NCBI GenBank assembly: GCA_036918135.1
Contig: JBALDB010000027.1
Location: 1 to 64,000 of the forward strand
Length of the DNA: 64,000 nucleotides
Direction: 5' to 3'
From: Nostoc sp.
Lineage (GTDB): Bacteria > Cyanobacteriota > Cyanobacteriia > Cyanobacteriales > Nostocaceae
In this document: positions 31,043 through 42,066 of the stretch, piece after piece
How the letters are laid out: each line of letters starts with the position of its first letter
Numbering within the stretch: position 1 is the first letter of the stretch
Notes under the pieces: model-generated
The model's database searches: none
Seen by the model: only the letters and a program-made list of their open reading frames with translations
What the model was told of the DNA's origin: nothing
Made by a program: the position numbers and the translations under genes

Positions 31043-32584
31043 CTATTGTTTTTCTGAAAGAATTGAAAGATTTACAGTGTCACCTTCTTTTAATGGCTTA
31101 CCACTACGAACAACATAGCGTTCTCCCGCTTGCAAACCGGATAAAATTTCTACTTTGCTATCAGCTCTTTTTCCCAGCATTACGGCTCGTGCCGTTACCA
31201 TAGTTTTGCCTTCTGTGTCTTTAATCACAAATATTGCTCCACTTTGGTCTTGTAACTTTGGCTGTGCGATGCCAGATGTATTAGGTGGGGAAGACTGCGA
31301 TACATTTGTTTGTGTCTCCCCTGTAGCTTTGGAGTTATTATTGCCTGCTTTCTGAATTGCTGTTTGGGGCACTACAACGCGCTGTTGTGTTTGGTTTTCA
31401 AAATTGACTCTTGCCAGTAGCCCACTGCCAATTTTGCCGTCACTGTTAGGAATTACTATTTCTACAGGTATCAAACGAGCTCTGACATCCGCAGCCGGGG
31501 AAATGCGTGTAACTGTGCCAATCAATGTTCGGTCGGGAAAGGCATCTAAGCGCACTTTCACAGACTGTCCAACCTGAATTTGTGCCAGTTCTAACTCGGA
31601 AACTTGGACAACAACTTTCACACGGTTAAAGTCGCCAATTTTTAAAACTTCATTACCTGCTTGCAATAGATTGCCGGGTTCTGTCACCTTTTCTGTGACC
31701 ACGCCATTGATGGGGGATGTCAGCCGAGCGTAGGATCTACGCTCTTTGGTTTCGGCAACCAATGCCTGTTGGGCTAAGACTCTGCCTTGAGCAGCGGCGA
31801 CAGCTTGCTGTTGTGTACGGACTTGCTCTTGAGCTGCCCGCAATGCTTGGGCGGCTGTTTGTGCCTCGGTACGTGATTGCTGGGCAGTTTGTTCGGCGAT
31901 CGCTCCGGCTTGGAATAGTTTCTGCTGACGTTGGGAGTCTGCTTGGGCTTGCACTACTTCTAGCCTCGCCCGTTCCACATCAGCACGAGCATTACTGACT
32001 TGAGTCGTTGCTCTTACTACTTCTGATTTGAGCGCTGCGAGTTCCGCTTCTGCTTGCTTTAAAGCCGTTAGTAGCAGGGCATCATCTAACTGTCCAACAT
32101 TTTGCCCCTGCCTAACTGTATCGCCGACATCAAAGTTTAAAGCCAGCAGCCGTGCTTCTAATTGCGATCGTAGTGATACAATCCGAAATGCTGTTGTATT
32201 ACCTGTGTATTCTGGTTGTGTTTGCAGCAAGTCTGTTCGAGCGATCGCCACATCTACAGGTATTCCACTGTTAACCTTCTCCTGCCCACCAGGACTCTGA
32301 GATTGTGCCTCGGCTGATTCCTTGGACAGCGATCCGCAACTTCCGATCAGCAGTCCTATGCCCACCAAACAAGGAATTAATAAACTTCTCAAACCAGTGG
32401 AGGCAAAAAAATAATTTTCCTCTTTCCGACCTTTTGCACAACTGCTTTTTGCCAGAACTCTACTCTTGACATCTGCATAAGCGCAGTCCGCCGCAGCGAA
32501 AAGTCCGAGCGGCGGTTTTTGCCGATCTGAACTTTTCAAGACAGGCATTGCTACCTCAGTCTTCACAACTGAATCTAAATGCAT
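31043..32584 (-). CDS. RND periplasmic adaptor (MFP); start uncertain
   Basis: Lipobox-like IGSC, lipoyl halves around a coiled coil, VEILSGL..GE..V. Confidence 0.92.
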   Translation of the reverse strand: MHLDSVVKTEVAMPVLKSSDRQKPPLGLFAAADCAYADVKSRVLAKSSCAKGRKEENYFFASTGLRSLLIPCLVGIGLLIGSCGSLSKESAEAQSQSPGGQEKVNSGIPVDVAIARTDLLQTQPEYTGNTTAFRIVSLRSQLEARLLALNFDVGDTVRQGQNVGQLDDALLLTALKQAEAELAALKSEVVRATTQVSNARADVERARLEVVQAQADSQRQQKLFQAGAIAEQTAQQSRTEAQTAAQALRAAQEQVRTQQQAVAAAQGRVLAQQALVAETKERRSYARLTSPINGVVTEKVTEPGNLLQAGNEVLKIGDFNRVKVVVQVSELELAQIQVGQSVKVRLDAFPDRTLIGTVTRISPAADVRARLIPVEIVIPNSDGKIGSGLLARVNFENQTQQRVVVPQTAIQKAGNNNSKATGETQTNVSQSSPPNTSGIAQPKLQDQSGAIFVIKDTEGKTMVTARAVMLGKRADSKVEILSGLQAGERYVVRSGKPLKEGDTVNLSILSEKQ

Positions 32585-33249
32585 ATTATATTAACTGGGT
32601 ATTGGTTACAAAATCCGTCATTTTCACCTATTTGTGCAGCTTATTCTATGTTCAAAATCATTTATTTTTCTCCTTAGGGGAAGCCTTTGGGATTAAACAC
32701 TCGTGTTTTCCCAAGTAATTCTCAGAGATATGATTAATCAAAAACGGCGAGAACGAATAAGCTGTCTAACAAAAATTTTCTAAATACAGAAAATTACTGT
32801 TTTTTCTAAAAATCCCAAAATTCTCACCGCTCTACTTCTTATGCAGAGGTAGACAATCTTCTTGCAGCTAATCAATTATAAACTTAATATAAATATTTTT
32901 TAGTTTTCTACAATCTACCCAGAGGAGAAAACTGGCTCCCCTACCTATATTTCACGCAATCAAGTATATAAGTCCTATAGTTTTTCAAATATATTAAGAA
33001 TAAAGATTTCTAATTTTATTGGTCATTAGTGATTAATTATTCTCCCTGTACCCCTCTGGTTCCCCGTACCTGAAGCCCGCCTGTCTTCTCCCGCATCCCC
33101 CCTTGTCCCCATTTCCCTAGTCCCCAGTTCCTAATCCCCAGTCCCAAATGGACACTAAGCTAGTTAACATAACTTTTTATAACAGTTTTTTAAACTTTAC
33201 CTCAGACAGTCGATTGTTGTGTCATCATGGGAAATGAAATGAGAATTAA

Positions 33250-33318
33250 TTCGGCGACAGTGTTTGTTCTTAGTATTGACAGGCTTTTTCCTTTTGGTAT
33301 TACAGACTTCTCTCCGAA
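33250..33318 (+). promoter_or_regulatory. Conserved rbp 5'-leader boxes
   Basis: TTCGGCGA (33250), TTTGTTCTTAGT (33263), TCTCCGAA (33311) resemble boxes III/II/I of cold-regulated rbp genes; the first and last are near-complementary. Confidence 0.65.
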
Positions 33319-33357
33319 ATCTAAATCTCTACATAGTTATGATTTTGGAGATATTTG

Positions 33358-33666
33358 ATGTCAATTTACGTAGGTAACCTCTCCTATGAAGTTACACAAG
33401 AAGCGCTGAGTGCTGTTTTTGCAGAATATGGTTCTGTAAAGCGCGTCCAGCTACCTACTGACCGCGAAACAGGTCGTTTACGCGGCTTTGGTTTTGTGGA
33501 AATGAGTTCCGATGCTGAAGAAGCAGCTGCCATTGAAGCTCTTGATGGTGCTGAATGGCTAGGTCGTGACTTGAAAGTAAATAAAGCCAAGCCCAGAGAA
33601 GACAGAGGTGGTTCCTTTGGTGGTGGTAACCGTGGCGGTGGCGGCTACAACCGTAACCGTTACTAA
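33358..33666 (+). CDS. RRM RNA-binding protein with Gly-rich tail (RbpA-type)
   Basis: RNP2 IYVGNL, RNP1 RGFGFVEM. Confidence 0.96.
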   Translation: MSIYVGNLSYEVTQEALSAVFAEYGSVKRVQLPTDRETGRLRGFGFVEMSSDAEEAAAIEALDGAEWLGRDLKVNKAKPREDRGGSFGGGNRGGGGYNRNRY

Positions 33667-33700
33667 GCCAAATAAAAAGAAAGTAAGTTAATTGAATCTG

Positions 33701-33734
33701 GAAAAAGCTCAGGTAGCAATGCTTGAGCTTTTTC
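33701..33734 (+). terminator. Terminator after rbp
   Basis: AAAAAGCTCAGG...CTTGAGCTTTTT. Confidence 0.75.
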
Positions 33735-33874
33735 TATGGAAAAAGAATTCAGAATTGAGAATTGGTGAATATTCTACGCATAAAGCGAAAAGTCAAAGCT
33801 AAAGCTTGCAGCAGTCTATTAGCGTAGTGTTAGCTATGCAATTAAAAACTGGTCAACAGATAAATTGTGCTTAA

Positions 33875-35869
33875 TCAAGCAATCCTGTTAGCTTTTACAG
33901 GAATTTCAATTACAAACTTTGTGCCTTGCCCTAACGTAGAGTCACACCAAAGATTACCGCTATGCTGCTGGGTCACAATTTGATAGCTTACAAACAAACC
34001 CAAGCCAGTGCCTTTGCCAACGGGTTTAGTGGTGAAGAAAGGATCGAATAGTTTAGAGCAAATCTCTTTGGGAATGCCTATTCCATTGTCAGAAATCATA
34101 ATTATCACTTGGTTTGTATCGATTTGAGAAGTCTGAATGCAGATGGCATTGAGATTGGCTGAAATCTTTTGCAACGAACGCCCCAGATTAGATTCTTCTA
34201 ATGCATCAATAGCATTGCTCAAAAGATTCATAAACACTTGATTAAGGGAGCCAGCATCACATTCAATCAGTGGTAACTCACCATACTTTTTAATAACCTG
34301 GATTTCTGGGCGAGTAGTTGTCGCTTGCAATCGATGTTGTAAAATAACTAAGCTACTATCAATTCCTTGATGAATGTCTACCGCTTTCAATTCTGCTTCA
34401 TCTAAGCGCGAGAAGTTCCGCAGCGATAACACAATACTAGAGATGCGCTCGGTACCGATTTTCATGGACTGAAGAATCTTGGTCATATCTTCCCGTAAAA
34501 AGTCCAGTTCAAGTTTATCCAATTCTGTATGCAGGGCTTGAGGTGGATTTGGATAGTGCTGTTGGTAAGCTTGCAATGCTCTGAGTAAATCTCGGATATG
34601 CTCAGAAAGATAAATTAAGTTGCCATGAATGAAACTAATCGGGTTATTGATTTCATGGGCAACCCCTGCCACCATCTGTCCCAATGCAGACATTTTTTCA
34701 CTCTGAAGCATCTGTAATTGAGTTTGTTTAAGCGTTTGTAGGGTTTGCTGAAGAGTCGTATTCTTTTGATTCAATTCTTCAGTTCTCTGCTGAACTCGAA
34801 TTTCCAGAGTTTCATTAGTTCTAGCTAATTCGGCAAAAGCTAAACGCAGCTTGGTTTCTGCTTGTACTCGTTCTGCGATGGTCGCTGTCAGCACCAGAAT
34901 AGTGAGTGTAATCACGCCAATAAATAATTCCAGCTGGAGCAAAGATTGGTTGAGATCCTCACTCACAAAACCACCTTTACCATTGACAGTTGCGATCGCT
35001 GCGATCGCAGCCACAATAAAAGTTAACAGTGTTGTACCCGGTTGCCCTAGTCGAAAGGCTGACCAAATCAACATTGGAATCAACATATACTCCAAGTGAT
35101 ATCCTTCACCAAAAGCAACTTTGCCGATGAGAATCACCAACCCAATTAGGATAACTGGCTCTATTACGATTAAGCAGAATTTTAAACGGCTTGAGGAAGT
35201 TGGAGAGTGTCGAATCTTAGAGAGATTTTCAGAATCCTCTAACCTGGAACTTAGGGATAACCATTGCCAGATTAAATGTCGGTTTTTTTGAATAAACTGC
35301 CTCCAACTAAGGAGAATTGGGGTGACAATAAAAATTCCTGAAACATTAGAAATCCACCAAGTTAACCAAACTGTGCCATACGCTGTCCAGGGAACTTTAC
35401 CACTCAACGCCAAGCAAGCCACTCCAACTGTTGCATTGATGTTCGGCCCCACCATGCCAGTTAAGATCAAAAATTTGAACACGTCGGTGACACGTTCTAA
35501 GGGATAGCGAAGGTTAGTAGTTTTCCGCAGCAAAAACGCACCCAACATAGTCCCCAAGGTTGTGCCGATCGCAATTCCTAGAACTGGCAGGGTTGAAATC
35601 ACAAGGGATAAGAAACTTGTTGAATCTCGGAATGCCCAGAAGTTGGCGAGAAATGAACCCAACAAAACACCGTATCCCATCCAGTTACCAAACAACAGAA
35701 CAGCTCCAGCAGCAATTCCATCCGGAGGCCAAACTGGAGTCACATCTTGAGGTGTAGAGGCAAGATGACGTGAAATCTCAGCCATTTGATAGTAAGCGAT
35801 CGCCAAAACAACGACGCCTCCGATTTGTTTTAGTGCATAAGGTAATATAGGGAATTTTTGTTGAATCAT
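33875..35869 (-). CDS. MASE1-domain sensor histidine kinase
   Basis: TPVWPPDG, WW.SN..G...VTP; AHEINNP; FTTKPVGKGTGLGL. Confidence 0.92.
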   Translation of the reverse strand: MIQQKFPILPYALKQIGGVVVLAIAYYQMAEISRHLASTPQDVTPVWPPDGIAAGAVLLFGNWMGYGVLLGSFLANFWAFRDSTSFLSLVISTLPVLGIAIGTTLGTMLGAFLLRKTTNLRYPLERVTDVFKFLILTGMVGPNINATVGVACLALSGKVPWTAYGTVWLTWWISNVSGIFIVTPILLSWRQFIQKNRHLIWQWLSLSSRLEDSENLSKIRHSPTSSSRLKFCLIVIEPVILIGLVILIGKVAFGEGYHLEYMLIPMLIWSAFRLGQPGTTLLTFIVAAIAAIATVNGKGGFVSEDLNQSLLQLELFIGVITLTILVLTATIAERVQAETKLRLAFAELARTNETLEIRVQQRTEELNQKNTTLQQTLQTLKQTQLQMLQSEKMSALGQMVAGVAHEINNPISFIHGNLIYLSEHIRDLLRALQAYQQHYPNPPQALHTELDKLELDFLREDMTKILQSMKIGTERISSIVLSLRNFSRLDEAELKAVDIHQGIDSSLVILQHRLQATTTRPEIQVIKKYGELPLIECDAGSLNQVFMNLLSNAIDALEESNLGRSLQKISANLNAICIQTSQIDTNQVIIMISDNGIGIPKEICSKLFDPFFTTKPVGKGTGLGLFVSYQIVTQQHSGNLWCDSTLGQGTKFVIEIPVKANRIA

Positions 35870-36255
35870 CGTTTAGTGGCTGCTCGATCTCAACGTTGCC
35901 TTCTAAACATAGAATGCCCTTTTCTCTTAAAGTCGGAACATTAAGTAGTTATAAAACTAGTTTACAAAAAGCATTAAAACCTAGCTTTAGCACTTCACAA
36001 TTAGCGATCGGTTATCAACTCCGAACGACGTAATTTATTTCTTGGAGTTACAAAGAAGGCAGGAGGCAGAAGGAAATAAGTATTAATAAAAACTTTAGTT
36101 CTGGGTCTAAAGCCGATTTTAAAGAGGATACTGGTACGAGCGGAAAGTGCCACGAGATACAAAGCGTCCTTGCTTCAATCCCACGTTTTCGTGGCTTCCT
36201 CCTGCCTTTTGCCTCCTATCTCCTGCCCCCTGCCTCCTGCCTCCTGCCTCCTGAA

Positions 36256-37968
36256 CTAATAATGAGTTGCTGACTTGCGATGATGCACGGCTGTGACGCC
36301 ATCGGTGTCTAACAGTTTGCCATTATCGATAGTTGCATAAACCAGCCAATGGTCGCCAGATTCCATCCGGTTTTCTACGGAACATTCGAGATATGCTAAA
36401 GCATCATTCAATATCGGAGAACCGTTTTGTGCTTCTTGTGCGGCGACACCAGCAAATCGGTCTTGTCCTGGGCCAAAAGGTTTGAGGAAGTGCTTCATCA
36501 ATCCTAAGTGATTGCCTTCTTTGAGGATGTTGAGGACAAATTTATTTCCTGAGTGCGTCAAACTTTCTACGGCACGGTCTTTGGCAACAGCAACGGTTAA
36601 ACCAGGAGGATTAAAGCTAGCCTGAGACACCCAAGAGGCTAACATGGCGCTGGATATATCCTCTTGTTTAGCTGTGAGAACGCACAGGGAACCAATAATT
36701 CGCCCAACTGCTTGTTCAACGTTGGTAGCGGGAACACTTTGCGATCGCACTTTTTTCGCTTTTTTCAATGCTTGGGCAAAGTCAGTACCAGCTTGTTCGC
36801 ACAATTGCAAGGTAGCATCGTCGGGTTTGAATTTGACGCGAATGCTCTCAAAGCCAAACCGATATCCAGCATCTTTCAATTTGCTTTCAATTAAATCAAC
36901 CGCTTCACCACTCCAGCCAAAGGAACCAAACACACCAGCAAGTTTATTATTAGTAGCCGTGGCTAGCACAATTCCTAAAGCTGTTTGCACGGGTGTGGGT
37001 GCATGACCGCCAAGGGTAGGGGAACCCATAATAAAGCCAGCAGATTTTTCCACAGCAGCCCGGATATCTTCTGGGTCGGTGAATTCGCAGTTAATCGATT
37101 CTACCGCAACGCCTGCTTTGGTGATCCCACGAGCGATCGCTTGGGCTAAGGTAGCTGTATTTCCATAGGCTGATGCATAAATCAAAGCTACTGTCAAGTC
37201 CGCAGAAGTTTGCTGCTGGCTCCATTCTCGGTAAGCTTTGGTAAGTTCGATTAAGCCATAGCGCACCAAAGGGCCATGTCCAGTGGCGTACATTCGCACA
37301 GGGAAATCTGCAAGTTTTTCCAGCGCTGTTTCGACTTGACGAGCGTGTGGAGCCATCAAACAATCAAAATAATAGCGGCGATGTTCGTTATAGATTTCCC
37401 AGCCTTCATCAAATACCTGGTCTCCACAAACATGCGCCCCAAATAACTTATCTGAGTAGAGAATTTCTGTTAGGGGATCGTAGGTGCAAAGGTGGTCTGC
37501 ATAGCGGGGATTGGGGGTGGGAATAAATTCTAAATTATGTCCATTGCCCAAATCCAGAGTTTCTTCTCCCCGCATTACCAGAATTTGTAAATCTGGATTT
37601 TCCAGCGCCCCGCGTAAATTTTTTGCTCCTGGATTAGAACAAACAAAAGTAATTTGTGGGGCAATTTCTAGTAAAGCTTTTAAAGTTGTAGCGCGGTTGG
37701 GGTTAACGTGTCCCAAAATTACATAATCTAGTTTTGTAAAATCAAAACGCTGCTGCAATGCATCTAAATAAATTTGGGTAAATGTTTCCCCAGGAGGGTC
37801 AATTAGGGCATTTTTCTCGCTTTCAATTAAATAAGAATTAGCAGTTGTACCTTTAGCCAGAGCATATTCAATTTCAAATCTCAGCCTTGACCAACTGCGC
37901 GATCGCAGTATTCTTGTATCTGTAGCAATGGGGAAAACTTGAACGTCACGAGGTTTGTTTATTGACAT
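36256..37968 (-). CDS. flv1: Flavodiiron protein Flv1-type
   Basis: KPRDVQ, RSRSWSRLRFEIEY, flavodoxin YASAYGNT, flavin reductase GDHW; upstream ORF extension is repeat-derived. Confidence 0.88.
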   Translation of the reverse strand: MSINKPRDVQVFPIATDTRILRSRSWSRLRFEIEYALAKGTTANSYLIESEKNALIDPPGETFTQIYLDALQQRFDFTKLDYVILGHVNPNRATTLKALLEIAPQITFVCSNPGAKNLRGALENPDLQILVMRGEETLDLGNGHNLEFIPTPNPRYADHLCTYDPLTEILYSDKLFGAHVCGDQVFDEGWEIYNEHRRYYFDCLMAPHARQVETALEKLADFPVRMYATGHGPLVRYGLIELTKAYREWSQQQTSADLTVALIYASAYGNTATLAQAIARGITKAGVAVESINCEFTDPEDIRAAVEKSAGFIMGSPTLGGHAPTPVQTALGIVLATATNNKLAGVFGSFGWSGEAVDLIESKLKDAGYRFGFESIRVKFKPDDATLQLCEQAGTDFAQALKKAKKVRSQSVPATNVEQAVGRIIGSLCVLTAKQEDISSAMLASWVSQASFNPPGLTVAVAKDRAVESLTHSGNKFVLNILKEGNHLGLMKHFLKPFGPGQDRFAGVAAQEAQNGSPILNDALAYLECSVENRMESGDHWLVYATIDNGKLLDTDGVTAVHHRKSATHY

Positions 37969-37980
37969 AGCTTTATTGGA

Positions 37981-38155
37981 GATTGGGGACTGGGGACTGG
38001 GAGATGGGGAGATAGGGAAGTGTGGGGAGTGTGGGGAGTGTGGGGAGTGTGGGGAGAGAAAGGCGGAAAGATTTCTTCCCCATCCTCCCAGACCTCCCAC
38101 ACCTCCCACACTACCGACTTACCCCATGCCCAATCCCCAATACCTAATCCCTAGT
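37981..38155. repeat. Composite 7/9-mer repeat element (copy 1)
   Basis: GGGGAGTGT tandem + GAAAGATTTCTTCCCCATCCTCCCA core shared with 46323-46515 and 51665-51737. Confidence 0.8.
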
Positions 38156-38157
38156 CT

Positions 38158-39882
38158 CTAATAATGGTTTCCAACTTTTCTGTGATGTATAGCAGTCAAG
38201 GCATCTGGCTTAGAAACTCGTCCGGCATAGACGGTGCTGTATACTGCCCAATGGTCGCCGCAGTCCATTCTACTGACGACTTCGCACTCCATATAGGCGA
38301 GGGCGTCAGTGAGGATGGGGGCACCATTTTCAGCTGGCTGAGTTCTCACTCCTTGAAAACGGTCTGCACCAGGAGCAAACCGTTTCAAAAAGTGCTTCAT
38401 CAGTGGTTGAAAATTGGCTTGTTCTAAGACATTAAGCACAAAGCGATCGCCTACTTGCATGAGAGATTCAATTGCTCGGTCTTTGGCGACTGCAATGGAA
38501 AATCCTAAGGGTTTGAAACTGGCTTGAGCAACCCAAGAGGCTAACATGGCACTGGAAACGTCACCTTTTTTGGCAGTGATAATATATAGTCCGCCGCTGA
38601 GTCTACCTAGTGCTTTGTCCAAGTCCGCACCAAGCGATTTCATCACTTTGATGCTGCGGTCGCGTGTTACCCATTGACCTAAGTCTGTACCCGCTTCTTC
38701 ACACAGTTTGTAGATGTTTTCTGTGGGTGTTTCCTTAATCCGAATTGCTGGGAAAATGGTTGTCAAGCCCAAATTTCGGAATTTACTCAGCAAAGGATCT
38801 ATCGGTTCATCATCGCCGCCGCCAGTTTCAAATACGCCGATGGCTTGCTTTTCTTTGGCAGATCCTAAAATTGTGCTGAGTGCAGCTTGGATGTTAGCAG
38901 CGCCAGAAGCCGGAGGTAAACCAACAATTAATCCAGCACAGCGACCGACTAGTTCCCGCAACTCTTGTAAATCCACTTCCGATCCCAAGTCCACAATTTC
39001 TATACCAACATTGGTTTTGCCGATCCCGTTGGCAATTGCATGGGCGAGGCGATCGCTATAACCGTATTCAGAAACGTAAAATATCCCAATAATTGTTTCT
39101 GCCTTGGTTTGGGTTTGGCTCCAAGTCCGGTAACGTCCAACTAGTTCCTCAACATTGTGAGATAATAACGGCCCGTGACCAGTGGCGATCGTGGCGATAG
39201 TTTTTAATTCCCCCATCCGCTTGAGGGCAGATAGCACTGACCGGGCGTTTGGGCCCATCAAGCATTCGTAGTAATATTTAAAGTCTGCTTCAATAGTTTT
39301 TAAATCTTCATCGAAGGTGCTATCGGAACAATAATGCATCCCGAAAGCATCGCAGGTAAAAAGAATTTGCGTTTTGTGGTCGAAGCTGAAGATGGTATCC
39401 GGCCAGTGTAAATTTGGTGCAATTACAAATTCAAATTCATGACCGTTACCTAAATCTAAGCGATCGCCATTTTTGACAATCTGGCGTTTAAATGGCTGAT
39501 GTACCAAATTCTCCAAAAACTGAATTGCTACCCTGGAAGCGACAACAGTAATATCCGGAGCCATTTGCAGCAAATCTTTCACTAAACCGCTATGGTCTGG
39601 CTCGGTGTGGCTGATAATCAAATAATCTATTTGTTTGGGGTTGATTAATCCCGTGAGCGTATCAAAATATAGTTGACGAAACTTTTCGTGGGAGGTATCG
39701 ACCAATGCGGTCTGCTCCCCCCGAATGAGAAACGAGTTATAAGTAGTACCGTTTTGCAGACCGAACTCAATATCGAAGCGATCGCGATCCCAATCTAGCG
39801 AGCGAATTGCTGTTGTATCTTGAGCGATTTCCACAGTCTGTATGGTGAGCCGTTTTTCAGTTTTTTCGCTGAGTGCTACCAT
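38158..39882 (-). CDS. flv3: Flavodiiron protein Flv3-type
   Basis: RSLDWDRDRFDIEFGLQNGTTYN, SHTEPDH, LHWPD diiron ligands. Confidence 0.9.
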   Translation of the reverse strand: MVALSEKTEKRLTIQTVEIAQDTTAIRSLDWDRDRFDIEFGLQNGTTYNSFLIRGEQTALVDTSHEKFRQLYFDTLTGLINPKQIDYLIISHTEPDHSGLVKDLLQMAPDITVVASRVAIQFLENLVHQPFKRQIVKNGDRLDLGNGHEFEFVIAPNLHWPDTIFSFDHKTQILFTCDAFGMHYCSDSTFDEDLKTIEADFKYYYECLMGPNARSVLSALKRMGELKTIATIATGHGPLLSHNVEELVGRYRTWSQTQTKAETIIGIFYVSEYGYSDRLAHAIANGIGKTNVGIEIVDLGSEVDLQELRELVGRCAGLIVGLPPASGAANIQAALSTILGSAKEKQAIGVFETGGGDDEPIDPLLSKFRNLGLTTIFPAIRIKETPTENIYKLCEEAGTDLGQWVTRDRSIKVMKSLGADLDKALGRLSGGLYIITAKKGDVSSAMLASWVAQASFKPLGFSIAVAKDRAIESLMQVGDRFVLNVLEQANFQPLMKHFLKRFAPGADRFQGVRTQPAENGAPILTDALAYMECEVVSRMDCGDHWAVYSTVYAGRVSKPDALTAIHHRKVGNHY

Positions 39883-39988
39883 AACTCCCCTCCTTGACAA
39901 ATTGAGTATTTATTCCTCTTGTCTTATTGTGCCACGCCTTTAATGTAAATTTTTATTAATTTTTAAGATTTAAGTTAAAAACAATCAA

Positions 39989-40840
39989 ATGAGTGAACCA
40001 CACAGGTATGAAGGACTGACAGAGAATATTTGGCTAGCTTTAGAGATTGGTAATTCTCGGTTGCACTGGGCGTTATTTAGAGGCGAAACTCTCGATTGTG
40101 CTTGGAATAGTGACTATTTGCCTGAGTCTTTGGTCTATCAGCTAGCTCAATCTCAAACACTCAATGATTTATTAATAGCAATTTTCCCAACCCAATACGC
40201 AACTGGGGAATACACAAAAACAAATACAAGCAGTTCTCTCTCATCCCTCCCTGCTCTGCTTCTCGCCTCTGTAGTTCCTAGCCAAACTGCTATTTGGCAA
40301 ACTTATCCCAACGTTCGCGTTATTAGTTTAGACGAGATACCACTACAACATATATATTCCACATTTGGAATTGACCGGGCTTTAGCTTTGTGGGGCGCGG
40401 GGAAAACTTGGGGTTTTCCAATGTTAGTAATTGATGCAGGAACAACGCTAACTTTTACGGCTGCTGATGCTAACCAATGTCTAGTTGGAGGCGCAATTCT
40501 ACCAGGATTAGGTTTACAATTTGCAACTCTAGGTAAACAAACAGGACAATTACCATTAGTGGAAATCCCAAATTTTGCCTCTCTACCACCACGTTTTGCA
40601 CTTAATACTACAGAAGCTATTCAAAGTGGAGTGATTTATACTTTTATAGCAGGAATTAAAGATTTTATTCAGGCTTGGTGGAAACTATTTCCTAATGGAA
40701 AGATTGCAATTAAAGGTGGCGATCGCACTTTATTAATCAACTATCTGCAAGCCTTATACCCTGAAATTGCAGCAGATTTAATTGTAGAACCGAATTTAGT
40801 TTTTTGGGGAATGCGGGAAATAGTAATGGGTGATGAGTAA
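39989..40840 (+). CDS. coaX: Type III pantothenate kinase
   Basis: EIGNSR, ASVVP, GIDR, VIDAGT, GGAILPG. Confidence 0.92.
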   Translation: MSEPHRYEGLTENIWLALEIGNSRLHWALFRGETLDCAWNSDYLPESLVYQLAQSQTLNDLLIAIFPTQYATGEYTKTNTSSSLSSLPALLLASVVPSQTAIWQTYPNVRVISLDEIPLQHIYSTFGIDRALALWGAGKTWGFPMLVIDAGTTLTFTAADANQCLVGGAILPGLGLQFATLGKQTGQLPLVEIPNFASLPPRFALNTTEAIQSGVIYTFIAGIKDFIQAWWKLFPNGKIAIKGGDRTLLINYLQALYPEIAADLIVEPNLVFWGMREIVMGDE

Positions 40841-40967
40841 ACAGTAAATATTGGGGCGATCGCCAGATAAACAGACAGATTAAAGTATAGATAGAATAAA
40901 ATTAAGAAAGAATATTTCTAGTGAAGTTATACCCAGAACATCACCGCTTTATACAATTACTGTCATC

Positions 40968-42059
40968 TCAATCATTAGAAATTTGACGTTGTTGAATCAG
41001 GGGAATGCAAATGATAAACTCCGCACCAACTCCTGGTTGCGAAATGCATTCTAAAGAACCGCCATGTCTTTCTGTGATAATTTGGTAACTAATAGCCAGT
41101 CCCATCCCCGTACCTTGTCCAATGGGCTTAGTTGTAAAAAAGGGATTAAATATTTGCTTTTTAGCATCTTCTGGTATTCCTAGTCCGTTGTCGGCAATGC
41201 GAATTGTCACTTGATTTGGCGGTAGTAATTGGGTGCGAATATAAATTCGGGGATTATCCATTTTATTGTGTTTTTTTGTTGCCCATCGACCTTTAAGCAC
41301 TGAATCTTCTAAAGCATCGATCGCATTTACTAAAATATTTAAAAATACTTGATTTAACTGCCCGGCATAACAATCAATCAAGGGCAGACTGCCGTATTCT
41401 TTAATCACCTCAATTTGCGGGCGCTGGTCAGTAGGCTTAAGGCGGTTTTGAACGATCATCATCGTACTCTCAATTCCCTCATGGATATCAACCGCTTTCA
41501 TTTCAGCTTCGTCTAAGCGAGAGAAAGTCCGCAGGGAAAGCACAATCTCTCGAATCCGCTCCGCTCCCATCATCATCGATTTGAATAATTTGGGGAAGTC
41601 TGACCTTAAAAAATCTAGTTCAATTAGATTTGCAAACTCCTCAATTGCCTTAACTGATTGGGGATAATGTTTTTGGTAGAGATCTAACAGTGAAAATAAG
41701 TTTTGAGCGTATTCATCAGCAGGTTTTAGGTTGCCGTAAATAAAGCTAACTGGGTTGTTGATTTCGTGAGCAATGCCTGCCACCATTTGACCCAGGGCAG
41801 ACATCTTTTCGCTTTGAATTATTTGAGCTTGCATTTTATGCAAACTATCTAATGTATTTTCTAATTCTTGGCTTCTGTGCTGTAAGTCTGTGCGAGAGTC
41901 TTCTAACTCACAAATGACTTTCTTTAATAAAAATTCCTTTGTACCAATGTCAGTTTCTAACTGGTGGCGTTCAGCTTCACAGCGTTCTAGCTTTTTTTGC
42001 AAGATACGGTTTTTCTTTTTCAACTCTTGGAGCCGTATGGAATCGTCTTGGTTATCCAT
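40968..42059 (-). CDS. Soluble histidine kinase without its own sensor domain
   Basis: Coiled coil, AHEINNP, NAIDAL, GTGMGL. Confidence 0.92.
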   Translation of the reverse strand: MDNQDDSIRLQELKKKNRILQKKLERCEAERHQLETDIGTKEFLLKKVICELEDSRTDLQHRSQELENTLDSLHKMQAQIIQSEKMSALGQMVAGIAHEINNPVSFIYGNLKPADEYAQNLFSLLDLYQKHYPQSVKAIEEFANLIELDFLRSDFPKLFKSMMMGAERIREIVLSLRTFSRLDEAEMKAVDIHEGIESTMMIVQNRLKPTDQRPQIEVIKEYGSLPLIDCYAGQLNQVFLNILVNAIDALEDSVLKGRWATKKHNKMDNPRIYIRTQLLPPNQVTIRIADNGLGIPEDAKKQIFNPFFTTKPIGQGTGMGLAISYQIITERHGGSLECISQPGVGAEFIICIPLIQQRQISND

Positions 42060-42066
42060 ACACTAC

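Noticed and set aside
37969..38161. N-terminal extension of flv1 and overlapping small ORFs
   Set aside because: Translated repeat tract
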